Shown in pieces: positions 27,273 to 40,629 of a DNA stretch of 64,000 nucleotides (position 1 is its first letter; each line of letters begins with the position of its first letter). The notes under the pieces were generated by a model that made no database searches, was not told the origin of the DNA, and saw nothing but the letters and a program-made list of their open reading frames with translations. The DNA is taken from positions 1-64,000 of the forward strand of contig JBDOQK010000040.1 of NCBI GenBank assembly GCA_040437565.1, in the 5' to 3' direction. The translations under genes were made by a program, and so were the position numbers. The DNA comes from Albugo candida. Taxonomy: Eukaryota.

Positions 27273-28634
27273 NNNNNNNNNNNNNNNNNNNNNNNNNNNN
27301 NNNNNNNNNNNNNNNNNNNNNNNNNNNNNNNNNNNNNNNNNNNNNNNNNNNNNNNNNNNNNNNNNNNNNNNNTCTTCTGATTGGCCTTTAATTCTATCTC
27401 TTCGGATCAAAAAACGCACCTACCGAGAATATACCGGTAAAAGCTCGCCTCATTATGCAGTAGCAAGATGTGTATACACGTGCTTCGTACAGTTATGGTC
27501 TATCACACCACGTAAATTTACTGAAATAAAAACGCGGTTTGCACGTGGAATGAGTCAAAATAACGACCAGACACGTTACAGTCGTCTTTTATTCCGTAGC
27601 GTATCGAATGTAATAAAGGTTGTCTGATGACACGCCGGCAACACAACGGGCAATACAGCGCGTGCTTGAAAAAGTTGATCGTTTGTATACAGCTTAGCTA
27701 TCGAACGAGACGGTGGAGGGGTCTTCTTTGATGCAAACGATGCGCGACGAACTACGCACGCGATATGACTCAAGTCGACAGAATTAGACGATTCCATCCC
27801 TCAAGATTAGGTAATCACATATATAGTCCAAATCGGACACAGAACCTCTAATACATAATCGTTTACTACCAGGCATGATCCGATGCTAACCAAAAGGGAT
27901 CATGTGGCGCTTCTTGCAGGAGCCGCACTTGCAGGACACCACTATAAATCTGCATGTAGAGATACTTTCTGTTTGCGACGAAACCTCAGGGATGCACACA
28001 ATCCAATCCCGGCACGATCGCATCATTATCACCTTTGTCCATTTATAACCTCGCAATTCTTTTCAACGCACCATCCGCTCCTACAAGCTCATCATTGCCA
28101 ATCCTCTGAATCAACTCTTATTCGAACTCTGTCGACTCCAACAAAACAAATGCTCCGACAAATGNNNNNNNNNNNNNNNNNNNNNNNNNNNNNNNNNNNN
28201 NNNNNNNNNNNNNNNNNNNNNNNNNNNNNNNNNNNNNNNNNNNNNNNNNNNNNNNNNNNNNNNNCACACAATCCAATCCCGGCACGATCGCATCATTATC
28301 ACCTTTGTCCATTTATAACCTCGCAATTCTTTTCAACGCACCATCCGCTCCTACAAGCTCATCATTGCCAATCCTCTGAATCAACTCTTATTCGAACTCT
28401 GTCGACTCCAACAAAACAAATGCTCCGACAAATGAGTGTAAATTCTTAGGAAGCGTCTTCGCATCCATCGTTTCATACAGCAGTACAACTTTATCAATAG
28501 TATGTCCCAGCACTAAAAACTGGATGTGTCTTCAGTAGCCGTAGAATTCATCTCTCCACGTATCCTTCATATCTAATCATGTACTCAATCCGATGAATCC
28601 ATTACCTCTTTACCGCACAAATAACCTTTGAGCT

Positions 28635-29072
28635 GCTCAGACAACCTTCAGACGATTACTCAGACTCAGATGAGAAAGAATCAGACTCAGAAATATACTC
28701 AGTTGGAAGTCTCATGGAGACATCCCCACCCCAATTTTCTGTCGACAATGTTGCATTCATTTGTTATCGGTATCCTTCTAGCGAGCGTAGGCTTTGTGCT
28801 CTCGGGACTGAAGTCAAAACCTGGCGAGNNNNNNNNNNNNNNNNNNNNNNNNNNNNNNNNNNNNNNNNNNNNNNNNNNNNNNNNNNNNNNNNNNNNNNNN
28901 NNNNNNNNNNNNNNNNNNNNNNNNNNNNACCATGACGCGTACCTGAAAAAGAAAAGGGATCTTTTCGTGTAATTGGTTCTGGGGCTCAAGACATGTCAAT
29001 GGTAAATCACTGCACGTCTCGACATATACTCTATACTAAGTCCATCAAAGAAGTGCAGTGGAGAGATGCATC
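28635..29072. repeat. Near-identical duplicate of 21267-21830
   Basis: Direct sequence match on both sides of the 28829-28928 gap. Confidence 0.9.
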
Positions 29073-29600
29073 CGACTTGCGGAAATTCTTGACCCGGTCT
29101 TTGAAGCGACTTGAGTGCGACCCTAAGAGGAAATAGATGTCGTCTATGGTCGATGTGTGATAAACTCGGGTGTTTTTAGCCAAAGTGCATCGTTGAAGAA
29201 TGCGACCACCGACTTATTGAGTGATCTTTCATCTGCAAAAGACATTACCGATGCAATGAAAATTCAAACGCAATGGATTGGAACAGGATGAGAGCTGGAC
29301 GTGATCTTCAGCTTACCTCGCTTTTGGACGTAGATATTGAAACGATGGGAACATGTCGCTTACATTGCACAAATCCCAGCTTTGTGCTTTATCTTCGTGC
29401 TGTGGCGCAGGAAAACGACTACAAATGTGCAGAACTGCGAAGAAGAATTTAGGATTCGACAGTTGTGCTTCTCACCGTCACACTGGCTGCAATGACTCTA
29501 GTTTGTTTTCCGTCTGGATATCGTGTAATTGTTCCGACAAAGAACAAGAAAAAGACAAAAAATCTATCAGAACAGTTTCTGAGACAACAATAGAGAAGCT

Positions 29601-30825
29601 TGTAATCGTGTGGAAACAAATCACAAACCAGGTATGGAAGAATCTTTTGCTGAGAAAACGCCATCCTGTCAAGCTTGGAATGGAGGTAGTACTGCCTGTG
29701 CTTTTGGTTGGTGCACGAGTTGTCGTCGCAAATGTGGATTCTTGGTTCTCTAGTAATGCACGTCCTCCACATATCGCCTCAAGTATGGCATCAAAGTATA
29801 CACAAGGTCCATCCGTTTTGTGTCTTGGGCTTGATCCAGTCGAGGTGGACAGCGATACTGGCGCGCTCACAGCTAACATTTTACTCAGCTGGGCAGAGCG
29901 TTCTCGGGCTGTACTTACTAATTACCTGTATCGATTATCTGTCAAGGGTTCCGTACCCAGCTCAGTCGGTTATACACTTGAGCGCACGGACCCCCTGCTG
30001 GAGGTCGTTGGTTTGATCCCCGGCAGTGTGGGCAGCGGTTTGAGCCCACCCAAGCAATAAGCTTGGAAAATATCTGCCTCCCTAGGTTTGAAGTCAGACT
30101 TAAGTGATATTCACACNNNNNNNNNNNNNNNNNNNNNNNNNNNNNNNNNNNNNNNNNNNNNNNNNNNNNNNNNNNNNNNNNNNNNNNNNNNNNNNNNNNN
30201 NNNNNNNNNNNNNNNNAATAAGCTTGGAAAATATCTGCCTCCCTAGGTTTGAAGTCAGACTTAAGTGATATTCACACGGTCACGGGCTTATGATAGGATA
30301 AGGAAGGTAGTTAAAGAACCAGATAAAACAGTGTAATGAAATCCTTGAAACAACTAATTACTTGTATCAAATTTGTATCGGCCACAATCACGACCATGGT
30401 TATCGAGAAGAAATTCCGAATTTGCGAGATCATGATGATCACGGGCTTACCTGCGCACACACTGACGATTTCGTGGGCTCGGACCGATCTTCCAATGGTC
30501 ACACTTCTATCGTTCGTCGTCGCTGCGGAACTCAAGTACGGTGGAGTTCAACGATTCTGTTCTTATTCTGGGCACTTGGCATTCTGATTGGGGCGTTTGC
30601 CCACCATTTTTTGATGAAGCTAGAACCGCATCGGTACTATCGGCGATGTTTTGGCTAATTTTTTTCTCTCCTTTTCAAAGCGTGAAACCCACTCAAACTT
30701 TGAAAGTTATGTTGCTGCTACATCTCCTCCAAGTGCATTCTCTTTGGGTATCGATAATCTGGTTTGATACTTTTCAATTTCATCTCAGAAATCAACATCG
30801 CACAGTTGCTTTCCATCAATTATAA
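29601..30825 (+). pseudogene. ABC transporter subfamily A (ABCA) N-terminal/TMD1 remnant
   Basis: QITNQVWKNLLLRKRHPVKLGMEVVLPVLL resembles the ABCA N-terminal Q..L.WKN...KKR.P....E..LP motif; TMVIEKKFRICEIMMITGL resembles V.EKE.RIRE.M.IMGL; frame is fragmented and no NBD is seen. Confidence 0.75.
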
Positions 30826-33800
30826 GATGATGTACGACATTTTCTGAAGGATTTACTCCTTGAACGATTCCGTAAATATGAAGTGGATAGACAGACTCGG
30901 AAATCGCGTATTCCAGGCTCAGAATCAAACTTCCCATTCGGCTTTATAGAATATGAAGGGCATCTAAGAGAGTGAAGAAAGAGATCATCGGATAATGATG
31001 GAAATCAAAAGTCATCGAAGTGTGTTGCCTCTTCTCCTGACTCAGTTGTTGCGTCGTTGCTGAGTTTCTCATCGTTCGGCGCTGTAATGAAAAGGATATT
31101 TTCGCTATCGTGCTTTGCCCATACCGTCATCAATACAAGGCGACGAGAGACGATGATGCTTGAATACAGCATTGTTGCAATCACATACCCGGTGGATCAT
31201 GTAACACGTCCATATGCGAGGTCGTAGGAACGAATAAGTGATGACGGCGTTGATCTACACTTCTGATTAGACTTGATAGAGCCGCAATGTTGGTGTATGG
31301 AGACGGATAATCATGCGTTCGAAGGCTGACCTCATTTTTACGGCTGGTCGTACGAAGATGATAGAGAAGTTCATACGGCTCAAAGAGTAAAACGTTGCTG
31401 TATCGGATGACATATATGCTAACTTGCGAAGAAACAGTTCGATTCTGGAGGCGTATAATGCGAAGGGAGTAGAAAGTAGACCGTACGACGTCAGAAAGTG
31501 AAGATGACCGTTCTGAAATCAGTTGAAACACTTATCGCTCACGGACGATTTCAACAGTTTAACACAGCATCGCAAGTTGATGGACGTCCGCGTCGACAAT
31601 GGTTCCCACGGGTGTGACTCGGGAGTTTCCAGACGATTGCATTTTGATGACAGGCTGGTACGTGGAGAATAAACGGATCGATCCGGGTAAAGGGAGAGCT
31701 TGAAGGATCCGTATATGCGTTAGGAAAGCTGTCGGACCAATGCGCTAAGGGTATTGGTCTATTTGCGAGGATATGGAGATGATAATGGCGATGCTAGATA
31801 CTATATTTGCTTTTTTTTATGATTCTATTCCGAGTGCCAAACTCTGTATTTTAGTGAAGCGAACGCTTCTTTGAATCGATGTCAATACTGTGAGCCAATG
31901 CAATGTGTTCAGCTATTTCTATTAAAATAGCGACATAAGACTACAACTTTGGACGCTCCAATATATGGAATTGAGGCATTGTTTCCTGATATAATAGTTG
32001 TCGTCCAGTCTGATCGAAAACTTTAACAGAGGAGAGACTTTGGGCAAGAGCAAGGCATCAATCTTTTATTGAAGTTTGAGTCGTCAAGAAGCTGTTGTTC
32101 TTTGCGCAATTGTACATAAGCTATGATGCTGAATCGTCGACGCGATATAGGACCACAACCCACTTTCACTAATCATACCCATATTTCTAATCAGATTCGA
32201 CTCATTGAAAGTCAACGGTGCCTGAAGACCCACTACAAGATCTTGGACAAAATACTTTCCATTCAAATCCATTGTTCCAATACTAATTATGGACGTATGC
32301 TCACGACCAGTGATCATCAAGTCAGCCTTATACTAATCCACTAATGCGTTACCATGGGCTTCCAGACGACCAGGTGTTTGGAATGCAGGTCAATGCATCC
32401 ACCGGTCTACAGAAGGCAAATATTTCACGATTTAAAGGCGTTGCAGAATTGCACTTCTTGAATTTTTTACCGAGAACTTAGGTAGGCCTTTAACCCGTTT
32501 GACTGGGTATATCGTTACCGTGCACTTATTCTCCGTATACTCCCGAATCATAAATCATGAAAGTGAACAGAAGTTTCAGAGAATAACGGCTGTTGTTGGA
32601 CCCGCTTGTATTCCCAGGACCTGGTACGATAATTTTGCAGCGAGAATAGTAGACTCATAGCGCACAACTATAATCAGGCCTTGTCCTTGGCGCAAACGTG
32701 TCGATGTATTCTTTCATTGGATCCAACTAGTTCGTATTTTGAGTTTCAATTAATATTTCTTGGAACAATCTTCTCTGCAATCAAATGGGAAGCGCAGGGA
32801 ACGATATTCCAGGTGCTATCTTCTGTACACTACTTCCGGGATCGTCTAAGAAAGCCCAATGCATATCCTCGGGGTTTCCAGCATCGAATTGCACCAAAGC
32901 GTAATTAATGCACACTGGCGGGACCTGTCAACTGGGCTCAGTAAAAGGTGTCTATTTGGTATAATAAGACTCTTGAATTCTCTAGAAATATTCATTGGAT
33001 TCCAGTGCTCCATGCGTAGGATAAATAGTCACGACAGATTGAGCGCGACAATATATCGTGCTCAACATCTTCTTGCAACCACATCCAAGATCGCACTGAA
33101 GCATTCGAAAGGCCAGCGAAACTGCAGATCTTCTCAAATCGAAAAGAAGGTTTTGAAGATGCCATGATGTAGCTATAAACGTGTAAAGTCGTCCCTTACA
33201 TGTTGCGTCATATCTTTCCTCAATGACAAATAAGTCAACATAGCATGACGCTTGGTTACCTCGAGATTTGTCGAAAGGATGCGTGAGAGGTGAGACTATA
33301 AAAAAGTTACTGTTCATAACGGTCTTTCACTTGTGTTTATAGGTCCAAGTAGATAAGTAATCTCCGAAACGATACGCTACAGTAGCTTGGTGACTTCATT
33401 ATCAAGTTGACCCAGAAGATTTTAGTGCAGATTTCCGATGTATAGAGGTCTCTGTTGTTGTGATTTTGGTTGACGATAGCTTCATTTGTAGGCTAATTAC
33501 TGCAATCTAGACACGTCTTGAAGATTGCATGGCTCAGGAACTGTAGAAAACGTTTTTCGCAATGTTCGACGTGTTCGTCTACATTACCTAGATTGCACAA
33601 AATATTTTCGTACTCGTACTTCGAGTAGCGGCTTCATGACGTAATTCATGGTATCATTGGAACGACATATTTTTTCGATATAATATCAGAGGCTTTGCAA
33701 AGCATTCGAATGTGCAATTTTTAAGCTTCAATGCATATGATGCCACATTTCAAAAAAAATTCCACCACGAGAATATTTTCTCCCAATTGTAATAATCCCG

Positions 33801-36800
33801 TTCAAGCACTTATTTAATGCGCAGTATTAATTGTCTACGCTTCGGATGCGAACTTCTGGAAGAAGATGCGTGTATCTATAGTCGTTCATCCTGTCAATGA
33901 ACATATAAAAACTCTTCGTTGGTCATATGAATGTGACGAGTCTTTCGGTATTTCCGTTCAAACACAAATTGATTCAGCTTCTAGTTCCAGTGACCTCACT
34001 AGTCTATCCCACGTGCATAGTGTAATGTCACAGATGTGATAAAATCATCTTCTATGCAACCATTAGTCGATCACGGATAGTACATGTTATTTGAAAAATA
34101 CGCAAGACCATCATAGAAACGCTTATCTAGATGATACAAGCATCTAATGATTCCACCTCTGGCTTAACGGAATGCGGAATGCTTAACCGTATCGCACAAA
34201 CCCAACATGGTTACGTTGTGAATCGCATGGGCATGGCATGGTGTAATTTAATGGAAGTAAGGATAATTTGCTCAAGCTGGGCTTGACAAGAAGTCCATCA
34301 TAACAGACCCGGACGACTTGAGAAGCTGCAACATTCCATCCGGTATTTTTCAAAGCGCTGTCGAAGTATTCACAAGAAATAGTTCAATTGCTATAGTGAT
34401 GTCATTTATCGAATGACATTTTCTTTATGTTGGTGTAGAAAACTTCTAATGGCTTGATTGTCATTAGGAAGAGAAATGTTGTGGGAGGGGGTGTTGGCTT
34501 ACTTTTGTGGTTGTCAAAAACAACAAATGCACCTTCGTATCGGTGTGCAAGAAACTCAATTGGAAGATGGAACCGTTATCTCCTCTATCTACGTGCAAGA
34601 AGTCGAGAGGTTGTCCCAAGAGGATTAACGAATAATCCTTTTATTCCGTATATAACCCACGCACCAGTTGGATGAAAAGATTAAAGTGATTGAACACAGC
34701 CATAATTCAACACAATATCACTACATAGAGATACGAAGTCCGATACAATGCATGTCAAAAGTTCGAAACGAAACCGCTCTACGCATCACTTACTTGTATC
34801 TGATCAAGTAAACATTTTTTCCCTATGAGGAAGTTCAAGAGATGGCAGACGCCATGAAGATTATGATAGCTTTAACCCAGCAGATTTTATCAGCTTGCCT
34901 CGCAAACATATGCTGAGTTGATATCGTGTTCCAGTCTATTCAATGCACTAGAACTTCTCACGTCCCTAAAAGCAGTTCACTTGGATGGATGGCTCGTTAC
35001 CATATCGACATCCGAACATGATATCTGTCACCACAAGCGTGGAGTAGCAATCAGATTATTTGCCTGCACTTGCACAAGGCCTATTATTGGCGTGACCAGA
35101 CTTATATGTTTCGTGCATTCCAAAAGCTTTCGAGATGTGTGTTCTCTACTGGTCAAACCCGGACCCACTCGAATCATAGATGCTTTAAACACCTTCTAAC
35201 GTAAGCATCCCTTCGCGTAATATCTAGTAAAATGACTTTTCCTCTCTTTACGCTCTGGGAAAGATATGCATATCAAATTGTCAAAAGGTTGCTTGCAGAC
35301 CAAATGGGGAGCTTTATAAACAAGCATTGACAACTTGAGCTTTTTTCTCCATGCCTCCGCCAATAAGCTGCTCGATGTATAATTCCATGTGTCTTTTTTT
35401 TCTTGATGCATTCCTGATACACACGATGTAGCTCGGCGGCAAAAAGTCCCCTTTCAAACTGTGGTAGGAACCCCGCATAAAAACATAAGACCGTCAGAGT
35501 GAACCGGGCCGTCGCATTCTTCATTCTACCTGTACAAGGCGTACGATATCGAATAAGCGACTTGAAACATGATCTAAAGTGCTAGACATCTACAACTTCG
35601 TGCAACCTCGACCCATCCGGAAATAGTCTGCATGTCACGGGGAACTAGAGACAGTGAGTGACATACCCGAAATAAGTGTAAGCTGCAAATCTACTTGGAG
35701 GTATCTTGAGAGCAACTTTACTAAAGGTGATGCCGTGAAGAGAGAAGCGATTCTCCATCAAATGAATATTACCACGGCATTTTCTTTTTCACAGAACATT
35801 TTCAATTCACAGTTGGCGACTTAAATAATATGAGGTCATCAACGACGACCTCTGTGGAACCTTCGACTGAATTACGGCAGGTACGGACGATAATTGAAGA
35901 GAATTGGACATGAAAGAATTCGAGTCTTCAGCTAATTTGATTAGATGTTCCGGACTTGTCTTGATACATATGCATCGAATCGGATAATATGGCCGCAATC
36001 TGTAATGAATTATCTAGTTTGGATCTTCCGCCACACTTTGTTGCAAAGAGCAAGAAAGCGTACTCTGCGCAGTTTACAGTTGCCGCTCTTTGATAACGTG
36101 ATTCTACCTGATGAATTTCCATCTACCGGATAAATATGCCCGGCGTTCACACTACTTTTCCATGGCTTCTGGCTTCCATCCACGCCAAAGTTTCGACTGT
36201 AAGAAGTACTTTGGGAAGAAAACCGTCAAGCAAGAATTTCATCGATTCTGGCACAGAGAGTATCGAATAGTTCCAGCTTTTCAAAGCAGATGGGTCATTT
36301 AGAGTGCTTCGAAGAAACCAATGAGCTTTTCATTTTTTTTTAAATATGGACTGAAAGGCTGATTGGCTGAATGGAATAGATCAAGTTATATGTACATCAG
36401 GCTGGTGTACAAGGAAATAAACTGGCTCTTACGTCGTTCTGAAGTCATAACAAGGTCTTCTTCCGTGAAATGGGTGCTATCTTGAGAGATTGACTGATCT
36501 TTGCTTTCATTTTGGCTATTATACCCGCACATAACACTTTCACCGGAATACCTCAAAAGATAAAGTTGGACTACTATACTGTAGAATTCGCTGTGTTTGT
36601 ACTTTGTACATGATGGATAACAATGCAAATTTTTCTTTGAGGGTTTCTGAGACGCATAGGCTTTGAAATATGATTCCCACGCGTTTGCACAACAGCCAAA
36701 TATATGTGTCGACTGAAAATACGCATATTTCAATGTCAAATGTTTCTGTTGGATTGTGTGAACTCTGTTTCGATAACATGACGTCTTTTAACACTATTTG

Positions 36801-37081
36801 AAGCAAATGGCATTGAAACACTATTAAGAGGAATGAGAGAACGGACGGATGTAACCATTTCGAATAAGTCTCTTGTCGTCTGTGTGGCGCTTGCTTTATG
36901 TCCCAAAAATCGATACTTTTAGAGTTCCCGCGCTTCATTTTTAGTTCCGGACGAGTTCAACTTCAATCTTGATACTTGTGTCTATTTCGTGTAAAAATAA
37001 AATTAGGATTAAGACATAGAGGGATACGATTTGTATGTAAGCTTTTCATTGATTGGCAGCGCCCTAGTCGGTACACTAGTA

Positions 37082-40000
37082 CAGTGCACGACACCTATAA
37101 CCAGCATCTCCACCCGGTGCGCAAGAATTTTTTGGGACACCCAATCACCCACTTAAACAAAATCTCTTTCTATATCTTAAAAGTACATTGCCGTGGCTTT
37201 CTGGCAACAGAGTCGGATTTTTGCAAAATTTATTTTTGATGAAGTTAGAAGCCTTTGAAGTTCGGCAAATTTTCGTGATTATATATGGAGATTTGGAAAT
37301 TTGGCCGGACATCTAAAAAAAGATACTTTTTTTAACCAATTAGAAAGGACCACCTAAAAATAGATAATTGTTTTAGCCAATTAGAAAGGACCATTTGAAA
37401 ATAGATAGTGTGTTAGAAATCTGATATAGACTTAAATATTTTCTTTGTTGGTTATGTGAATATCTGTAATCTAGTTTAAAAGTGCATTAACGTTCATAAG
37501 AGCAGAGGCTGGAATGCGACGGTGTGAACGGTACTTCTTCACTGCATATTCGGCAGCTTTTCCAGTGAGATTTTTACGGTAGACATCCATGTACCGCTGT
37601 GTCTTGCATGCAAATCGGCGAATTGTTGTCAAGCTGATTGAGGATATGGCAGAGGGGGCAGTTTCTTGCAAGCCAGCCCAGGAGTAACTGCAGTGCTACC
37701 ATATGTACTGCTTTGCGGCGCCCCAAAAGTTCTCAATGTAGTTCAACTCGCAATGAAATTTGGGGTAAAATATAATTTTATGCCCAGCTGCTGTAATCAC
37801 NNNNNNNNNNNNNNNNNNNNNNNNNNNNNNNNNNNNNNNNNNNNNNNNNNNNNNNNNNNNNNNNNNNNNNNNNNNNNNNNNNNNNNNNNNNNNNNNNNNN
37901 AGCCCAGGAGTAACTGCAGTGCTACCATATGTACTGCTTTGCGGCGCCCCAAAAGTTCTCAATGTAGTTCAACTCGCAATGAAATTTGGGGTAAAATATA
38001 ATTTTATGCCCAGCTGCTGTAATCACCTCCTCAAATAATCCACGCTGGCCACGAAATCTGGCTGTTGGGACATGACAGTGCGAGCGCAGTAAGAAAGAGT
38101 ATCAGAGCATCTGACATCACTTGGGCAAACCAAACTTAAGCTAGGTTGCCAAAGATCACGTTCGCTTAAAACAGCCTTGATTCCCTTTGGTTTACCACGT
38201 AGTTCCTCATTCTCATAATCGTCTGAATAAACCATGCTCTGAGGCACATTGTCTGCATAAGTCGTTGGCCTTGAGAAAAGTACAGATTAATTAATTGTTT
38301 ACAGTAACTACGGTGATGATTTATTTAAATCATACCTCATTTTCGGTTGTTTTCCACCAGGGCCAAGGTTCATTCTCTTTGCAACAAGTGCATCACCAGC
38401 AAAAGCAGCATGACTGGTTGCATTGTCGAAGGCAATAAAGCTTGAGCTCCAGGAAATTGAGCATTGAAGATTGGAATAGCTTTGTCACGGAATTGTGCAT
38501 GCAGATGCTCTGCTGTTCACCAGCGATCGTTATTCTTTCCAGGCTTTATGTAAAAACAGCACTCTTTTGGCACATCAGTATACTCAAGCTGCTTTGCTTC
38601 AGCTAGCGCCAAGCGCCCGCAACATCAGTCAAAAACTCGCTAACGTGAAAGGAACGTCCTTGTCCTTTTTTTCGCAATGGCTGCTCTCCCTCCGGCAGCC
38701 AGAGTTTCTTTTGACCATCATTTGCTGGAAAAACACTCTCATCATACGTAACAAGTATCAATGGTTCCACACCATCTGCGGGACGCGCCATAACTTCCAT
38801 ATTTTCACCAGAGAAAAATTGAAAACCTATGGTTAATGCCTCCATTAGTGCAAGAAACTCATGTCGGTATGCCACAACATCAGCACGCTCACGTCCATCA
38901 ATGTAGAGACCTTTGCGGACCACTGGAATGCCAAGCTTCATTTCTTTCACCCATCGCATAGCAGTTCGGGAGGATATTGTTGGTGGTAGTGCATAACCGA
39001 GGGAAGGGAGAATCACATCATTAATGTGAATTGTAAGGTTGGTGATGTCAACTGCTAATTTATTTTTCCGTAAATAGGTCTGTAATTGCCCCACAATGTC
39101 CTCATCCCACATAAACGACCAACTCTTTGCGTGTTTTTCTTGTCGGGACATTGCAAGCTTGTGGTCCTTTAGAAATGCACGTGCCCATGTGCGTAAAGCA
39201 CGTGAGAAGTATGGGACCTTTCCAATGGCTGTGGTGACAAAGTCGCTTGCGCTCGTGCGACTTCTCCCATTTTTGTAAAGACGCAGATACAAACTCAAAG
39301 CTTGCACGCGTAGCTGCTCTGCCCCATTCAGCTTCTTTGCTTTGTCAATTTTGACAATCTTGACAATCTTTGCCAATTCTTCTATTGCACTGTCAAGGCT
39401 CCCCTCTTCCCTCAGGCTATCTTCAACATCGTCACTTTCGAAATTTTCGGCAACAGAACCTCCTGCTGTCACAGGCTCTTGCCGCATGAAATAGCTGGTC
39501 AGCTTTCGTGAACCTTATGCTGCCTTGCGTTGATTCTGTTTGTGACGTCGGCGTGTCCGTGGTGAATCACCACCATAACGAAATGGGCGGTTGGTAGTTG
39601 GTACTGGAGCAATAAGAGCTAGTGACATTGCCGCCTCCAACTGTTCAACTGCATCTTCAGTCTGCACTTCTTCCTTGTCACTTGTTGGTTCCTCTCCAAA
39701 AATTTCATTCTCCATGTCACTATTATCTATATTGTTTCCACTGTCAGGATCCTGTGGTAATGGTGGTGAACTGTGATGACTTTTTTTTGCGTTTCTGGCA
39801 TTCTGCAAGTGTTTTTTTTGCGCTTTGATAGTTGTACCATGTTGCCTAGCGAATGTTTTTTTCTGTTTAGAATGTTTGAGGGTGTTGGTTATGTATCTAC
39901 TGTATGTAGTCTACATATATATCTACATAGGTGTCCACCCTATAGTTTCGCATTACATATTAATATCGGATTCCGATTGGTTCACAAAGCAGGTATTTCT

Positions 40001-40119
40001 CACGTGATTGGTTCACAAAATAGGTTTTTGTCACGTTAGAAGTATACTCTGCATGAAATAGATTTTTGGAAATTTGGCCGCAAAAATATGGGGGTGTCGG
40101 TTATAGGTGTCGTGCACTA
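37082..40119 (-). mobile_element. IS630/Tc1/mariner-superfamily DNA transposon, full-length but defective
   Basis: TIR CAGTGCACGACACCTATAACC (37082) and GGTTATAGGTGTCGTGCACTA (40099-40119), TA on both sides; subterminal direct repeats CCAATTAGAAAGGACCA x2 and GATTGGTTCACAAA x2. Confidence 0.9.
37471..39841 (-). pseudogene. DDE transposase (Tc1/mariner-like) with stop codon, frameshifts and one intron (38270-38335)
   Basis: Motifs YIDGRERADVVAYR, TYDES, KKGQGRSFHVSEFL, FDNATSH, PKGIKAVLSERDLW, FYPKFHCELNYIENFWGAAK; in-frame TAA at 39515; a GT..AG intron joins PKMR to PTTY. Confidence 0.85.
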
Positions 40120-40629
40120 TACATAGACATTAATTGCGTCACGTGATTATATCATATATTATATTATATCAGAGAACAGCGATTTTACCAGCGGTGCCAT
40201 TCACTGATCCGCTAATATCTCATCCAATCCACCAATTATCTACCACTACTCCATCTGCATCCTCTATTTCCACCAATCCCAAACCTCCACCAACCCAATA
40301 TCATCCAGGCACAACCACCCATTCATTCTAATTTTGTGGATTGCATACCACCAAAGCGCCCAATAAGTATCGAAAAGTCGTCCAGCTTCGTCTACAGATT
40401 TCATGAGTTTCGACCAAGAAAAAGAGCTTTTCAACGAATAGACTCGAAAACTGCATACAGTCTCACTATGCTGACAACAAAATGCGGTACGTGCGTTCTC
40501 CTTTCTCCGAATTTTTCATCTGATTCCATTCTTCCAATTTCAGTTAAAAGGTAAAGAAATCGATGAAAATATTCGTATTTTATTGAAAAATCCTTTAAAA
40601 CGACCGAAAATCACACACTTAAAATCGAA

